A stretch of 64,000 nt of DNA from Ancylonema sp. (taxonomy: Eukaryota), in NCBI GenBank assembly GCA_050230475.1, contig JBFLGF010000011.1, forward strand, positions 1 to 64,000, in the 5' to 3' direction. Both the position numbers and the translations under genes were made by a program. This document shows, piece by piece, positions 33,752-47,571 of the stretch; position 1 is the stretch's first letter, and every line of letters begins with the position of its first letter. The notes beneath the pieces were generated by a model, which did not search any database, was not told where the DNA came from, and was given only the letters and a program-made list of their open reading frames with translations.

Positions 33752-36700
33752 TCACACACATTTGGCTCTATACCTTGCTCTCTGCACCCCTTCATCCGCG
33801 TCTATCAACTCCCTCATCTCAATTGACTCATCTAGCGGGTCTTGCTTATGTACAACACCATTTCCACTTGAGAACACCAATGCATGGAGGTCCCCCTTTT
33901 GTCGACTTTCCTTAAGTAACCTCACGTGATCCGTCCTAAAGTCCGCATGCCTAACTTCTGCCTCTCTACCCATCTCCTCTGTATACCTCTTCACCTTCAC
34001 CATCGTCAACAACCTCCGACTATACTTCCGCGTCAGAATCTGCTCCGTGTTGTACACCGTTTCCAAACAAGGGTGAGAGGGCATGTCCTCTTCCTTGTAA
34101 TCATCTGAGGCCACCGGATAGAAATACACTAACCGACCTCCCATTTTTAACAACCGGGCGGCCACATTCAACAAATCGAACACGCACTCCTCGAGGGTGT
34201 AAGGGGCGGTGGAAGGGATGTGATTGATACGCAAATGATCCGGAATGGTGTACGGTTCACATCCTCCTTTCAGCAGTTTCCGCCCCCCCGACTTGCGCCC
34301 GCCGGCACGCACCCCGTACGGGGGATCGCAAACAATGGCGTCGAATATCTGCAAGCGCGCAACACTCGTTTCTAATTAGCATCACGGAATCCAGAAAAGA
34401 TCAGATCTTGTATCTTTCTGCACCTGTACGCCGATGTGCTGATCAAGTCTCGCACACTCAAGGGCTCTCACGAAATGAGACTGAGTGGTCACATAGTGGG
34501 CTATAAGCGATGGTCACATAGTGGGCTAAAAACGTTGGCACACAAATCAGAGGGGAGAATAGACAGAAGAGACCAGAAGGCGGGGGGGGGGGACAGGGAT
34601 AGAGTTTATTATTTTAGAAAAAAATATAATATAGAAAATAGAAAAAAAACAAAAAAACACACTCTCTAACGCACTCTGTCCTGGAAATCAAAACTCAGTC
34701 GCATGTACCCAGAACCCTTTCCTCTTCCCCTCCGTACCTCACACAGATCCCTTCTCCACGGAGGGCAGTTATTGTCGGCGCGGATCAATCCACCGGGCTC
34801 AGCCAAACCATACTGTGACCCAACAAAAGGGCAAGACTCAGATATTGCAGATAACAACATTACATTCCTACAGTTCTGTACCCTGGTAGTTGAATACAAA
34901 TAACCATAACCGTAACCGTAACTGTAACCGTAACCACAACCATAACCATAACAGACTCATAACCATAACCGTAACCATAACCATAACCATGACCATAACT
35001 ACACATGCCCCCATCTCTGAACTGAGGAGACTTGCACAACGACACACAGCACATGCTTTGTGGCCCAAATTGCTACTCCAAATGCAACCCCCATGATTCA
35101 ACCTCCCTCACCACATTTACTCGACGTGCAATAGGCCTTGTGCCTCTCACCTGCCTGAAGTTGGACCACACATTCCGATCCGGCCCCTTTCCGTCCCTCA
35201 CTACCCGGATGTCGATATCTGCACCCTGCCACACGCACCACCCTGTGAGACAAGGACACCTATCGTTGAGGACAGGTGCCGGGTTTGACCATCCCCATGA
35301 CCCTCCTAGATCCTCGCATCTCACCGCTTCAACCGAATCTACTGCAACAACTCGATATACGATACCAGAGGAGCCTGAGAAAAAAATTATTGTACCAAGT
35401 AGCTTCTGCATACCCATATGATCCTCATGTCATATATACACTGCAACAGCGCCGCCTCTGAGAGCTTGGTGTGCCTTCATTGTGGCTCTCACTAGATTCA
35501 GAATCCGGTACGGCAACCCAAAACTTCTGCACCTCAACCCCTCGCCTCCCGACTCCACGAGTCAAACCTCCACCCAAACCGACACCAAATCCGAGGCCGG
35601 ATAAAGCGCATCATTCAAAGCATAGGGCTTCACACTAATTATTTTCTCAGCTCATCCGAATCCAAAACCCAAACATCTCCCTCCCCACCAACTCTCCAAC
35701 AAAACCCCCAACCACAGAAACCCCACCCCAACCCCCCCCCCAACCCCCCCCCCCCCCCCTTACCACTGTGGTTGCCCCAAAGTGCGCCGCCGCCACTAGA
35801 ATGGACCCCGTCCCCACAAAGGGGTCGTACACCAGCGTGGCGGGACCCACTTTCGCCTGATTCGCCATCATGAGTGCCACCTCAGCGTCCATCGCCGTGG
35901 GGCCCAGGTAGGAGCGGCGACTCAGCTCGTATTTCGCCACGACGCTCCTGTCGGAAGCCGCCACTTGGCGGGCGAAGGCCATCCAGGGGGAGGTGGGGGG
36001 GGGGAGGCCCTCGTTGCCGAGGACTGACAGAGATTCGAGGATCCAGAATTGGACGTCGGGGGATTTCAGGTTTACGGGGCCCTGGGGGAGGGGGGGGAGG
36101 GGGGGAAGGGGTCGTTTTGGGGAGTTTGGCGAGGTACTCGTTCTGGGTTGGGTACCCCGGTTGTGGCGCACCTGGCTGGTGATGCCTTTTTTTTCACAAT
36201 TTCGCACGCCTCATTAAAGAATATACTTGAGGATTGTGCGTGCTATTCCTTGTCACCGTCATCAGAAGAAAGAGGCTGTGTCGTTCTTGATACTTGTGGG
36301 TCATAACCCTAAAGAAAGTACACCTCTCCCAGAGTGATATTCTAACTGATAACGCCTGCTCTAAACCCAGTTTTTTTTTTTTTTTTTCATTTATTCCCAG
36401 AGTCTACACCACTTTCCTCCCCGACTAAATCCCTCCTACCAATCCCGTCTACATTTCCAAGCATGGTGAACAGGTGATACTATGTACTCATTTCGGATTC
36501 ACACACCTGTATAGGCATGTACGAGAACTGGTCAATCTTCTCCTTCTGCTCCTCCAGCGTCACCCTTCTCCCAAACGACTCCACCACCACCTTGAAACTG
36601 AGATGCGACCCCATGAAGGGCGCCTGGCGCTCGGGCAGGTAGCGGTTAACCGCGGCATGGACCTCTTCGTAGCTGTGGCCTTCTCCCCACACCTCAAATA

Positions 36701-37433
36701 AGGCTCGGCAGAGGATGCCTGGAAGAACAGAGGGATCGAAGGACAAACGCGAAATGAAGAAAGAGGACCGGAGGGGAGCGACAGGGGGGGAGGGATAAGA
36801 GATCAGCGGTTTTGGAGTGTGGAAACGGTTGGGGAGCAGGGGGATGAGGGGGTGGTTAAAAGGATGGTGGTTGGGAGATGGAAGGAATCGGTGAAGTGGC
36901 ATACATGGAGTGTGACAAGTGCTTCATCTTCAAGGTGATTACCTTTCCAGGTCAATCGAACAGATGTCGAACAGGAGAACACGGATGATTTAGATATCGG
37001 ATGGAGGATGTTTACAACGTGTCCGTTCAGGCCAGAGGAAGTGAAGAGGAATCACTCATGGCATTTATTTGACACATGTGTGGACAGAAGGGGGACGGTC
37101 AACGTGTCTTGGTATAAAATATAAAATGCTTCCTTGACTTATACCGAGGTGCCTCGAGGGGTGTCCGCCTCGTTCTGTCAGTGTTTGCGTTTAAGTGCAA
37201 TTTTGGCGATCGGTAAGACATCTTGAAGATGGTAGCTCACTTCTGGTACCGATGGCGCGAGCCACGTCATCGTTTGGAAGGTCAACGTAGTAAAAGGGAG
37301 AGTCTTTGTGATGTCCTCCCGGCGGTTGGCTCCACTTTAGAGGCTCATTGTATCCCGCCAATTCCGCGAGAGATTCAATTTCTGGCAACCGGTAGTCCAG
37401 GTGCCGATGAATGAAATAGCAGAGGTACTTCAT
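33752..37433 (-). CDS. TRM11: tRNA (guanine(10)-N2)-methyltransferase, ~489 aa; exons 37433-37241, 36718-36507, 36081-35764, 35225-35151, 34812-34738, 34348-33752
   Basis: MKYLCYFIHRHLDYRLPEIESLA; YLGPTAMDAEVALMMAN; VYDPFVGTGSILVAAAHFG; GADID; FDAIVCDPPYGVRAG. GT-AG introns keep the frame (1470 nt). A CAG just upstream of the ATG (37445-37443) suggests a 5' UTR intron. Confidence 0.96.
34901..34999 (+). repeat. (TAACCR)n hexamer microsatellite in TRM11 intron 4
   Basis: TAACCA/TAACCG units read directly. Confidence 0.9.
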
Positions 37434-40400
37434 TGCCGTCACCTGTGCTTTCGAGAATACCTAGAAGTGCGAAGTCACACTTGTCAAGTGCAGGTACACA
37501 ACTGTTTCTGACGCGACTCCTGATTCATAGTCGCCACTCATCGGCTAGAGGAAGGCTAGAAGACATACAGGAAAAATACATCCTACACCTTTACCTGCAT
37601 CCATCCATACATGTGATCGCACATCCGCATAGGTGTCGCACATCAGAGATGCGACACCGCCATGGTGAGATGACATACGGTGTACCCTCCATCACGAGGA
37701 GGGTTGTTACCTCGCCCCAAGTGCGCGACGGCCACCCGCACAACCGCCCAGTGGCCGACGCCGACCATGTAAGTACATGTAAGTAACGGTTGGCCCGCCC
37801 AGGCGGCGTTTGGCCAGCCGCAAGTCAACTTCCGCCCATCCGCTTGGGATATGGGGCTAGGGCGGTTCAGTTGCGGATGGGAACAATTAGGGAGAGACAG
37901 CGGGCACCCCCCAAAGCGACTGCGGGCACCTCCCTCCGACAGCCCGAAGTCTCTCTATTTTTTTGACTCCACATTGATCGGATAAAATTTATTAAATGTC
38001 TCAAATTGTTTGGAAGCTATGATTTTTTTATATACATATTTATTATTTAAAAAAAAAAAAAAAAACGACTGCTTTTTCCACATCCTCTCTCTCCATTAAA
38101 AAAAAAAAAAAAATGGTGTATGACGCATATACTCCTTTTCCTAATTTATTCTTTCAATATCTTTAAATCATATGTTAAAGGGTCCTTCCGGATATCTTTC
38201 GGTTCCTACAACTGATTATTGCTTTCCACGTGCTCAGTTGTGGGAACCATCCCATATTCAACTAGAACGTGTACTTGTTTATATCGTTTATGTTAAACAT
38301 ATATATCATTCTATTCTCCACACTTCTCTACATTAATAAAGCGTTCATGCGGGGATTACAAGGGCATATTGTAGCGATGTGTTCACATTGTCATATATGT
38401 TGTTCACTTTGCCATCATTTAACAATGTGAAAGCCACAACATCAAATTCAAATTTTGTTCCTATTGTCTTCGATTGGATTGATTCAGATTCGACCAGATT
38501 GGATTGAATCATTTATCTAATTGCATTGACATAACTTAGTCCTCACTGATGCTCAAATCTGGTGCTCCGAAATTTGCCAACTATAAAAATATATGCCAAC
38601 CAACTTCTAGTTCATCCCTTACACTTTCAAACATGTTCTAAAGTTACCATGAATTTATTTAAAATTCTGAAGTAGAGTTCTCTCCCGACCATCATCGCAC
38701 TACAGTGAAGACATTGTCGTTCCTTCCTCATACCTCGAGAATCCCGAGGGAGTCGCGGAAAGTCCCATGCTCCTATGCTCTGCGGCTCAACGGCCAATTG
38801 CACAGATTTCTCCCTCAATCTTTAGAAGTCTACCTTACCCGGATGGCTTCAACCAAGCCCCATCCTACCGCCCGCCCAAGCGGCCACACCGCATTTGGTT
38901 GGTCTCCAACTGGGGGGTCGAGATGCGCCTGGGCGGGTTGTACTTACGGTGGCATTCAATTGGGGCTTCAAGTTTCACTTAGCTTTCCGTCATTACAAAA
39001 ATTAATTCGTTTTGTTGCCTATGTATTACCTTTATCTTTTGATGCCTTCATTTTGTAAAAGTGGTGCCAACGATTTGTCGGGGACCGTATATGTGTTTAC
39101 TCTTTACCTTGAGGGGGAAATATAAATCATCACCATCTAAATTGTGGTGTGGTAGATTAATTGAAATTCATTATTTTTTGGAACATGGCCCAAATCATAT
39201 GTTGATGATTATGATTGTGAAGCTTCAACCAAGGCATAGAAGTATCAAAGTCGTGCATTTAATTCGTTGTACAAAGATCACCATCTTTTCAAATGATGTA
39301 TTAAATACGATCAAGCGAACCACAAATGTTTCGTCATCGTCGGCTATCTCTTCACCAAAAAAAGAAATGAGGATGCTCCAAAACCAATTCATACGAGTAC
39401 ACGAATGCCATCTCCACCTAGTTTATAATTATGAAACTTTGTCGTATGGTATTCTCGCACTACAACCAAATCAAAGCTTGATTTGGTTGACAATTAATTA
39501 TCAAGCACAATATACATTTTTGCAATGTGCTTACCAAACATTTCGTTATCATAAATAATCGTTAGAGCGATCTGAGATCGCAATTCATTGAGGTCGCCGA
39601 TCTCGATGATTTTTTTTACGACATAGCGTTGCCAATTTTTTATGAAGGTTGGGCACATTTTGAGGGTCGTAGCCGGGCGCAATTCATTTCTGTTGATAGA
39701 ATACATCATGAACATCAAGTCGCGGGGACATGTGAATAAGTGCAAACAATTTTTGGGTGACCAAGTCGACTTGGCTAGCACTTTGATGCTTAATAGTTTT
39801 TTTTACATATTATCGACTAGTGTGAATGACGTGGGCTATCGATCGATGGAATATCGATGCGTGAATTCATTGAGTACGTATTTCAATTAATCCACACTTT
39901 GTGAACGTTTGTCGCTTTAGTGGTGACATCGCAATGCCTCCGATCCGGCGCCGATCCGGATCGGAGGCGCCAAACATTAGGTGGAAGTCGATGGAAACAA
40001 AGTTAATATGCACCTATTTTGGCGTAAAGCACCCCAAAAACGAGTTATTTTTTTATTTATAATTTTATTTTATCGATGGGCCCGGTCGGATCGGGAGATC
40101 TCCGACCACGCACCGATCCGGATCAGGTCCGAATATGCGCCGATACAGATAAGAGATCGGGATGGATCGGGACCAACTATGGTTGGGCACAGCCCTACAC
40201 TTCCCTCCTTGGACCCTAGTGGCGGCTCCCTAGACTCCGGGATCCGGACTTGGGAACCCACCTGCTGAGCAAGGGGGAGATTTGGAGACCACACGGGGGA
40301 CGACGGGGAGACCTCGAGGTCTCATGACATGGTCGGGATTGGCAAGCCTAGAAGTCTGATCCCGGCTAGGCCCGGAATCGGAGTCAGGACGTGGAGCCCA

Positions 40401-40509
40401 ATTGAGGCCAATAGGTCGTACAACTCAATTGGAGCCTTAAAGTATGCAATGGACGCGGCTCAATAAGCTATGAGATCCCGGGCTCTCGGGTTCGACGGGC
40501 TCACAACTG

Positions 40510-41115
40510 CAGTGCTCCCTCGATATAACGACCCTCGGACAATCTCGGTATAACGAAAGTTTTTTTGTTTTTTTTTCAAAACTAATATGAAATCGCCCTC
40601 GATATTAGCATAACGACACTCTATATAAAGACAAATTATATCAGAAATTTGTTACTGAATGTCCTTATACTGTGTATATAACGCTATTGCTCGCAAATAA
40701 CGATGTATGGAAATCGAGAAAAATCTAGAAACCTCATGAACGACACCCCTAATTTTCTACAACGTGTTCGATTTGTTCGATATGTCAAATCTAGAAAACG
40801 CCGCCTATGTCCTCCTCGGATGGCTTAGAACTAACTATTTTGTTCATCCGCATGTATTGGTATCATGACACACTTGTATAGCTCGTATATCAACACACAC
40901 GCTGAATTGGATAATCATGCCAAGGCAACTTACTCTAGGAAACACATAATAAACACATTTGCTAATTCACTTTGATTCATTCGCGAAGTCCCTCGATACA
41001 AGGACACAGATTTCAGATTCTAGTAGTAATTGTCCTTATACAATGTATAACGACACCTCGATATAAGGACATTTTTTTGGGAATTTTTTTTGGTCGTTCT
41101 ATTGAGGGAGCACTG
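40510..41115. mobile_element. Tc1/pogo-type MITE, 606 bp
   Basis: TIR CAGTGCTCCCTCGATATAACGAC ... GTCGTTCTATTGAGGGAGCACTG. TA on the right, TG on the left. Inverted homologue of 46952-47571. Confidence 0.85.
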
Positions 41116-42178
41116 TAGTAGGATTTAATCGAGGGCGCATTGGGGCTCGTTCGCGTTCGGGTTCATTCATGATATAAAGAGTTTTCCGGGATGCAATGTT
41201 TGCTCATCTAGGTACAAAGAAATTGTACGCACCGTCTTTTTCTTCATGCGACAAGTTGTGCGTCAATTTTTTTTCATGCTCGTATCTGAGTTGTGCGTTT
41301 CTGACTAAAGTATCTTGAAAATACACGCTAGGCTTGACATAACTTGCGTGTTTATGGAATATCACAGCATTTGTGTGCAAGTATGACATGATAAAAGTGA
41401 ATCCACTTGCAGTATGTTGATGTGGTAAGATTAGTCACATGTTCCACTAAAGGCAAGACCAACACGACAAGTTGGACCACAACACGCTACTCTGAAAAAA
41501 ATGAAGTAATGCGGAGGAAACCAACAATATGTCAAAATTTCCGAAGCATTCTTCAGCCTTTTTGCAACGTGGAAATATCAATTTTGGCAAACACAAACAC
41601 TTTCCATTTTGAATCCCTTCGCAAGCCTGCTCAAGTTCTTCGTATTCTCGTATGTTGACATATTTATTCAATTATCACCATGACGCTTAAAAATACCCTT
41701 GGTAGGATGACAAAAGTTTAGAGGCCAAAATCAAAGTTTCTATCCGTTCCACACGGGATCTAAAGAAGACCCTATATCCAATATCACCACATTGCTGAAT
41801 GTTGAAGACTTACCGCAACAACGTTGCGTGAGCAACGATGGTACACACGCTTGTAGTGAAAAATAAATTTTGTAGTCATAGCAAAAAAGAAAATGCTTCC
41901 TCATATAGTACTTCATATAATTAATATAACCTACACCATTGGTGATATTGCGTAATACAAGAGAAACTTGTGTATAAACAATGCATCTTTGAGATATCGT
42001 GCTCGCCACAGGAAAAAAAATAGGATCGTCACACCTTCACACATTTCAAGCTCGACTTTCCGTCACTTTGATCCCACAATCTGTATCCGCCACAAGTAAA
42101 ACCCACGTTTTCTAATTAGCATTGGTTGCCGAGCTAACACAACATTCCTTCAAAAACACCATAGACCCTCCAATTGAG

Positions 42179-44400
42179 TCAACCAGAAACAACACCTTCT
42201 TCACACTGAAGGTTTGAGCGAAACATCATGACGTCGACACCTTGATAGATAATACCTTGATAGTTTTTCCACGGCCCCTTGTTGGACAAAAGACACCCGC
42301 CTTCCGTTCTTTCACACGTGCAGCTCCCTCCAAGAGACGTGGGCAGCTCACTACCATCCACCCCCATAACTTCGAAGTCTCACGTTCCCCTCCCCGTTCC
42401 CTTATAAACGGGAGTAAAAAATGCAAGTGTCATCACTTGAGCCGAGGCATATAACTTGGGTACCAAAGGGGCTCCCCTCCTCCAATAGGGGCGTTTTGGC
42501 AATGATGAGTAGGAGGAGAAAGGTGACAACAATACCTTTTGTCAACGAACTCAAACAACCTTGACTTATCGGTGCCTAATACATGTTAAGGGCGGACAAA
42601 GAGGGGCGGGCGTGAGGATGCACGCCGAAAAAACAGAGTATTAAAAAACGCAAAACGGCAAGCCAAAAATGCTCCTACGGCCATGAAAGCAACTGTAGAA
42701 ACTCGATTATAGAACAGCAATTGTCTTTAGAAGAGTAGGTCATTTCGTTGGGTTCATAGATGTGGGTGATGTGCTATTGATCATGTAGCACCTCAATGCA
42801 ACGGCGGACCCCCTCGGTATGCTGGAGCATCATCATACACTTGTGCGCTACCGTCTCCAATGGCCTCAAATTCACAAGGAAAACTCGCGACGTATACTGC
42901 ACAAAGTACGAAGAGGAAGCAGGGAGGTCGAGAGGAGTCAATGTGCTCTCTTTCGGCTCAAAAAATAGGGAAAGATACCACAAAGCGAGCCGGCAATGAA
43001 ACGAATTGGAAGCCAATCACTCTGCTCATGTCGTCACATTGGGGCTTCATTGTGCCTTACAAGAGGATTGCAAATGGATGAATATGTGTAGGATGCATCA
43101 CGTGGACAACAAACAGATAGGAGCCATGCGCAATCATGCGCCCTGAGTCCTGAGCCCTGAACCCGTCTCTAAAATTATCCCTTCACTTGGGGGTAGTGCT
43201 TCTCCACATCACTGATTGCACGTGTGACGCAAGCCATAGACCTCCAGGTCTGCGACAAAGGGAAAAGGTAGTGTTGTAAGTTCACCTCGCTATCACAACG
43301 GAGGATGATTCATCTGGGCGTAACCTGAGATTCCTTACAACGAATTTCCTTCACAGGACACACCATGTGGCCACGAGAAAATATGAGAACGGGATTATTA
43401 TCGAGTTCGGACAAACTGGATTTTTGAATTCAATTGCACGCTCGCCTCACCACGTACACCCCGGCATAAGGTGCTCGTCCCCCCACCGTTCTTACCCAGC
43501 CTGAAAAGTCATAGATTTTGGTGATGTGGCTGATAGGATGCCCGGCAGCCACTGAGTAAGCAGGGTATTTCACGTGAATGGTATGCTCCACCTCCTTGAT
43601 GTAATGCTTTACGACTCGTTCAATGGTAGTGTGCTTCAGAAGGTTGCTAACATTGATTGCGCTCCACTTCTCGATATGTACGGGCTGCCCCTTTCGATCC
43701 ACCCCATGAAAATAGTGGGGGAAAATGGATTAGACCTCAGGCAGCTCCGGAAAATCAAACGTCTGGAAACCCCCCCAACTATACAACATCAGGAGAAGGC
43801 ATAAATGTGTACTAGTTCAGTGCTTGAACGAGTGGCATTACATTAAAATGGCATCGGGTTGAGTGCTCTAGCTAGTGAGGACGTGGCACTGCACGGTACC
43901 ACGTGGCGGAAGTACCTCCAGCAGGATGTCTCCTTTCCACTCCTCCCTCTATTGCAGCATTTCGGTCCACTGCTTCTTAGATTTATCAATGTCCATATTT
44001 TGGAGGGTTACGAACCTGGATGAACGCCACATATTTGCTGAGATGGTAGTTATTGTCAACCATGCCTCGACAGATGAAAATTGAATCATCAATTCATGTG
44101 GTTCTGGAGAGCGACGGTGCTTACTGCCTATGCTGTATCCAATGACTGGAACACAGCAGTGTAAGCATGCATTGTTGAACAGAAATGCGCTACGGTTAGC
44201 GATGCCATTCTATCTATAAAACTTATTTCGTTTTACCTCCGAAGGGTGTCGTAAGTGTCATGCTTTTCTGGTAACAGTCCGTCATCCTTAAGAACATTTC
44301 GGAGTGTCTCCACCGCCGCCGCCTTTCGATCCTGAAAGACCAGCAGCTTTTCTTCTGCCCGAGCATGTTTTTTCTCGTTCACTCCTCTGAAGAACTTCAT
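42179..44400 (-). pseudogene. SEC14/CRAL-TRIO lipid-transfer gene with in-frame stops; exons ~44400-44237, 44015-43916, 43762-43496, 43249-43187, 42896-42792, ~42400-42179
   Basis: LLPEKHDTYDTLRRF...[59 protein letters not shown]...[11 protein letters not shown] match plant SEC14-like proteins. Stops are TAG at 43951-43949 (conserved Trp position) and TAA at 43732-43730. Confidence 0.85.
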
Positions 44401-44728
44401 CGCCGGAAAGTGCCGACTTCTGCTACTCGACCCACTTTCCTATCAAGTCGTTAGTATCATCTAAGAAATCTACGCTATGCTATGCCAGAACTTCGGAAGG
44501 CATGCAATGGATGGCGGCTTGTCGGGGCAGGCGTGTGGCAGAAAAAAATATCGTGCGTGCCGTAGGTCAGCGGGCATTCATGCTCTCACTAGCGTGAGTG
44601 GCGCAACTGATTGGAGAAGCGATAGAAACTGTCTTTCTTGACGCGTGAATGTCGGTTGCCAGTTGTCGGTTGTCGGTTCGGATCGGGGAGCCATAATAAT
44701 AATAGGGGTCAGGGAAAAGGGTACCGCA

Positions 44729-45798
44729 CGGGGTGCGGGGAGCCCAAGCATATGCTCTGGGCTCCGGCCTCCGGCCTCATGAGCCCAGAGCCCAAGCCTC
44801 ATGAGCCCAATTTGCCCGGAGCCCGGATCGGAGCCCGGAGCCCAAGAGAGCCCAAATGAGCCCAAATTAAGAAAAGTAAATCACTCCGCACTGTCACTAG
44901 TGAAGAGGTAGGTACTCCAATTATGGGTAGCTAATAGCACACCTTCTTCATCACACTATTGATCACTTATAATTGAAATTTGAGAAAACCCTAAGTGTTT
45001 TCCGCGAAGTTGACAATTTCAAGGTCATATTTGTATACTAGATTACTTATCATGTTCACTAGGATCACTTTGATTGGCACGGTAATTATCTTTCACTCTC
45101 CATCTTCATGTTTCCATTGATGTTCGAGACTGCATAGGAGTGTTCACTATTTCCCTATCGAACAATATTAAGCAAAAAACAAGATGGAGTGCGTGCCTTT
45201 GGAACAAAATATATTTTCGGCACATATATGGGACAAGTGACTAAAAGAAATACGAAGCATTTATATTGATCAATCGTGTGAAATACTTATGTACCACACT
45301 AGCGTGTGAGGCTAGTGAGACTAATGAGTCTACTTTCAATAGTGCTCAATAAATATAATTCACTATGTGAGGTAAAATTCCGTGAAGTCCATAGCACCCA
45401 AAGTAGACATGAAGACCTCTTTGAATGGTTGCTTCTCCCCCATAAAAGATGTGGTATCGCTTTCGTCGACGTCACCGTCCGGAGGATGGAATGCACACTC
45501 CAAATCCTCCAAATCATCCAAGCCCTCCAACCCGAACGTGACTCACCTAAATCCTCAACCTTTTTTTCCCAGGTGTTGATTTTGCTTCCAAATGAGCCCA
45601 AATGAGCCCAGATGAGCCCAAATGAGCCCAATAGTTTTGGGCTCCGGGCTCCGAGCTCCGGGCTCTGATTTGGGCGCCGGCTTCTTTGGACTCCTTGGGC
45701 TCGGAGGCTATAATTTTTCCAAGCTTTGGTTTCCGGGCTCAATGAGCCCGGATCTTGTGGGCTCCGGGCTCATTGGGCTCCGGGCTCCACGCACCCTA
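44729..45798. mobile_element. Non-autonomous hAT-like element, ~1070 bp
   Basis: Imperfect TIR CGGGGTGCGGGGAGCCC ... GGGCTCCACGCACCCTA with dense subterminal GAGCCC/GGGCTC motifs at both ends. No TSD retained. Confidence 0.65.
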
Positions 45799-46951
45799 GC
45801 CCGGAGGGCTGAGTGACGTCAACGACTCAAACACCCGTTAGAAGGGAATACCATGACGTACGCCCCCCTACTACCAAAACACGTTCCTATGCATGGTACT
45901 CTAATGGAGTCTGCTGGCGGCGCTTACAACCCCCCGGGGTAAAACGTCGGCTCATAGGACGTTGCCACTTGCAGAACACATATCTGAGGCTACTTGTTGG
46001 AAATTTGGCACTCCACAATACCGACCCGATTGTCCTCATTCCTTGCATTGTTTGGAACGCAGGCGTCCTTAAATGAAACGGTGATCACCACAGCCATGAG
46101 GCCATGAGGCCATGAGGCCACCTAGACATTCGACTGTGAATGTCTCTATGTCTCTATGTCTCGACATTGTTGGAAATTGTGTGAGGACAAACGATACTGT
46201 ACATGCCGCACGTTTCAATTCCCGGTATCTAATTTTAGCCGGCGATGCATGCCAACACTCTATAAATGGATTGTGTGGAGGGAGATAGAGCGTTGCTCAA
46301 TCAGAGGTGGGAGAGCGGACGCCACCGTGCGATCCGAGACTTGGACGCAACTGAGAAAGTGGTAGGTTCGGTTGTTCGTGTAGGGTGTGGAGATGCGAAT
46401 CCTCGTTGCTAAAGAGCAGCTCGTTGTAGCTTAAGAGGTGGCAAGTCGGTTTCCACTCTGTGAGGAGAGTTTGCGAGAAGCTATTATTTTTGAAATTTTG
46501 CCAAACAAGCGAGAAAAATGTTTCCGTGTGATGCGTGGGTGAAGGCTAGAGAGTGCACGTACCATCAGAGACGGCTTACGTATGAATCTGTGGTTGCAGA
46601 GATGGTGGTATCCCTACGTAGGCCTCTTTCTTATCCATGGGAAGACTCGCTCTCGTGTAGCGACGCGAGAGGTATAGTTGGTGTTGGAGTACGAACATTG
46701 GTTACCGCTGAATTGGTATATTTTCTCGTAGTAGGACGAGGATGGATCCCTCTGTTTACCATGCAATGGTCCGCATCTGGTTCGTTTGCATCACCTGTGC
46801 TTGTGCTTGTTGTTAATGTCGTGTTTATGGGACTCTGTGTACAAGACACTTGGTATGTGTCCGAGTGCAAAACACACTTTTTCAACATCTGCTTGTGTGT
46901 GGGGTTGCGTGGATAGCAGCGATCTCCAGGATCGTGTGGAGGTTAATGATA

Positions 46952-47571
46952 CAGTGCTCCCTCGATATAACTACACACAAAAAACCCATAAAAGTGTCGT
47001 TATATCGAGGTGTCGTTATACACTGTATAACGACATTTACTACTAGAATCTAAATTACATGTCGTTGTATCGAGGGACTTTGCGAATGAAGCAAAGTGAA
47101 TAAGCAAATGTGTTTATTACGTGTTTCCGAGAGTAAGTTGCCTTAAAATGATCATTAAATTCAGCGTGTGTATTGATATACGAGCTATACAAGTGCGTCA
47201 TGATACCAATACATGCGGATGGACAAAATATACCACAAAATTTAACGAGGAGAGTTGGGGAGGCATTAAGGTTGTTTCAAAGCAACACTGGACACGCACA
47301 TTCTATCGGACCTACATAGAATTCTATACAAAATTTGAGGTGCCGTTCTAGATTTTTCTCAATTTCCATACATCGTTATCTGCGAGCAATAGCGTTATAT
47401 ACACACTATAATGACATTCGGTAACAATTTGTTGAAACAATTTGTCATTATATAGAGTGTCGTTATGCTTATATCGAGGGCGATTTCATATTGATTTAAA
47501 AAAAGTTCAAAAAACTGTCGTTATATCGAGGTTGTCGTTATATCGAGGGTCGTTATATCGAGGGAGCACTG
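46952..47571. mobile_element. Tc1/pogo-type MITE, 620 bp
   Basis: TIR CAGTGCTCCCTCGATATAAC ... GTTATATCGAGGGAGCACTG with TA TSD at 46950-46951 and 47572-47573. Repeated subterminal GTCGTTATATCGAGG. Confidence 0.92.

Noticed and set aside
43730..43951. Stop-codon reassignment or selenocysteine in the SEC14-like gene
   Set aside because: The stops are single-base changes from plausible sense codons. TAA and TGA end intact genes here, and similar stops occur in the decayed TEs.
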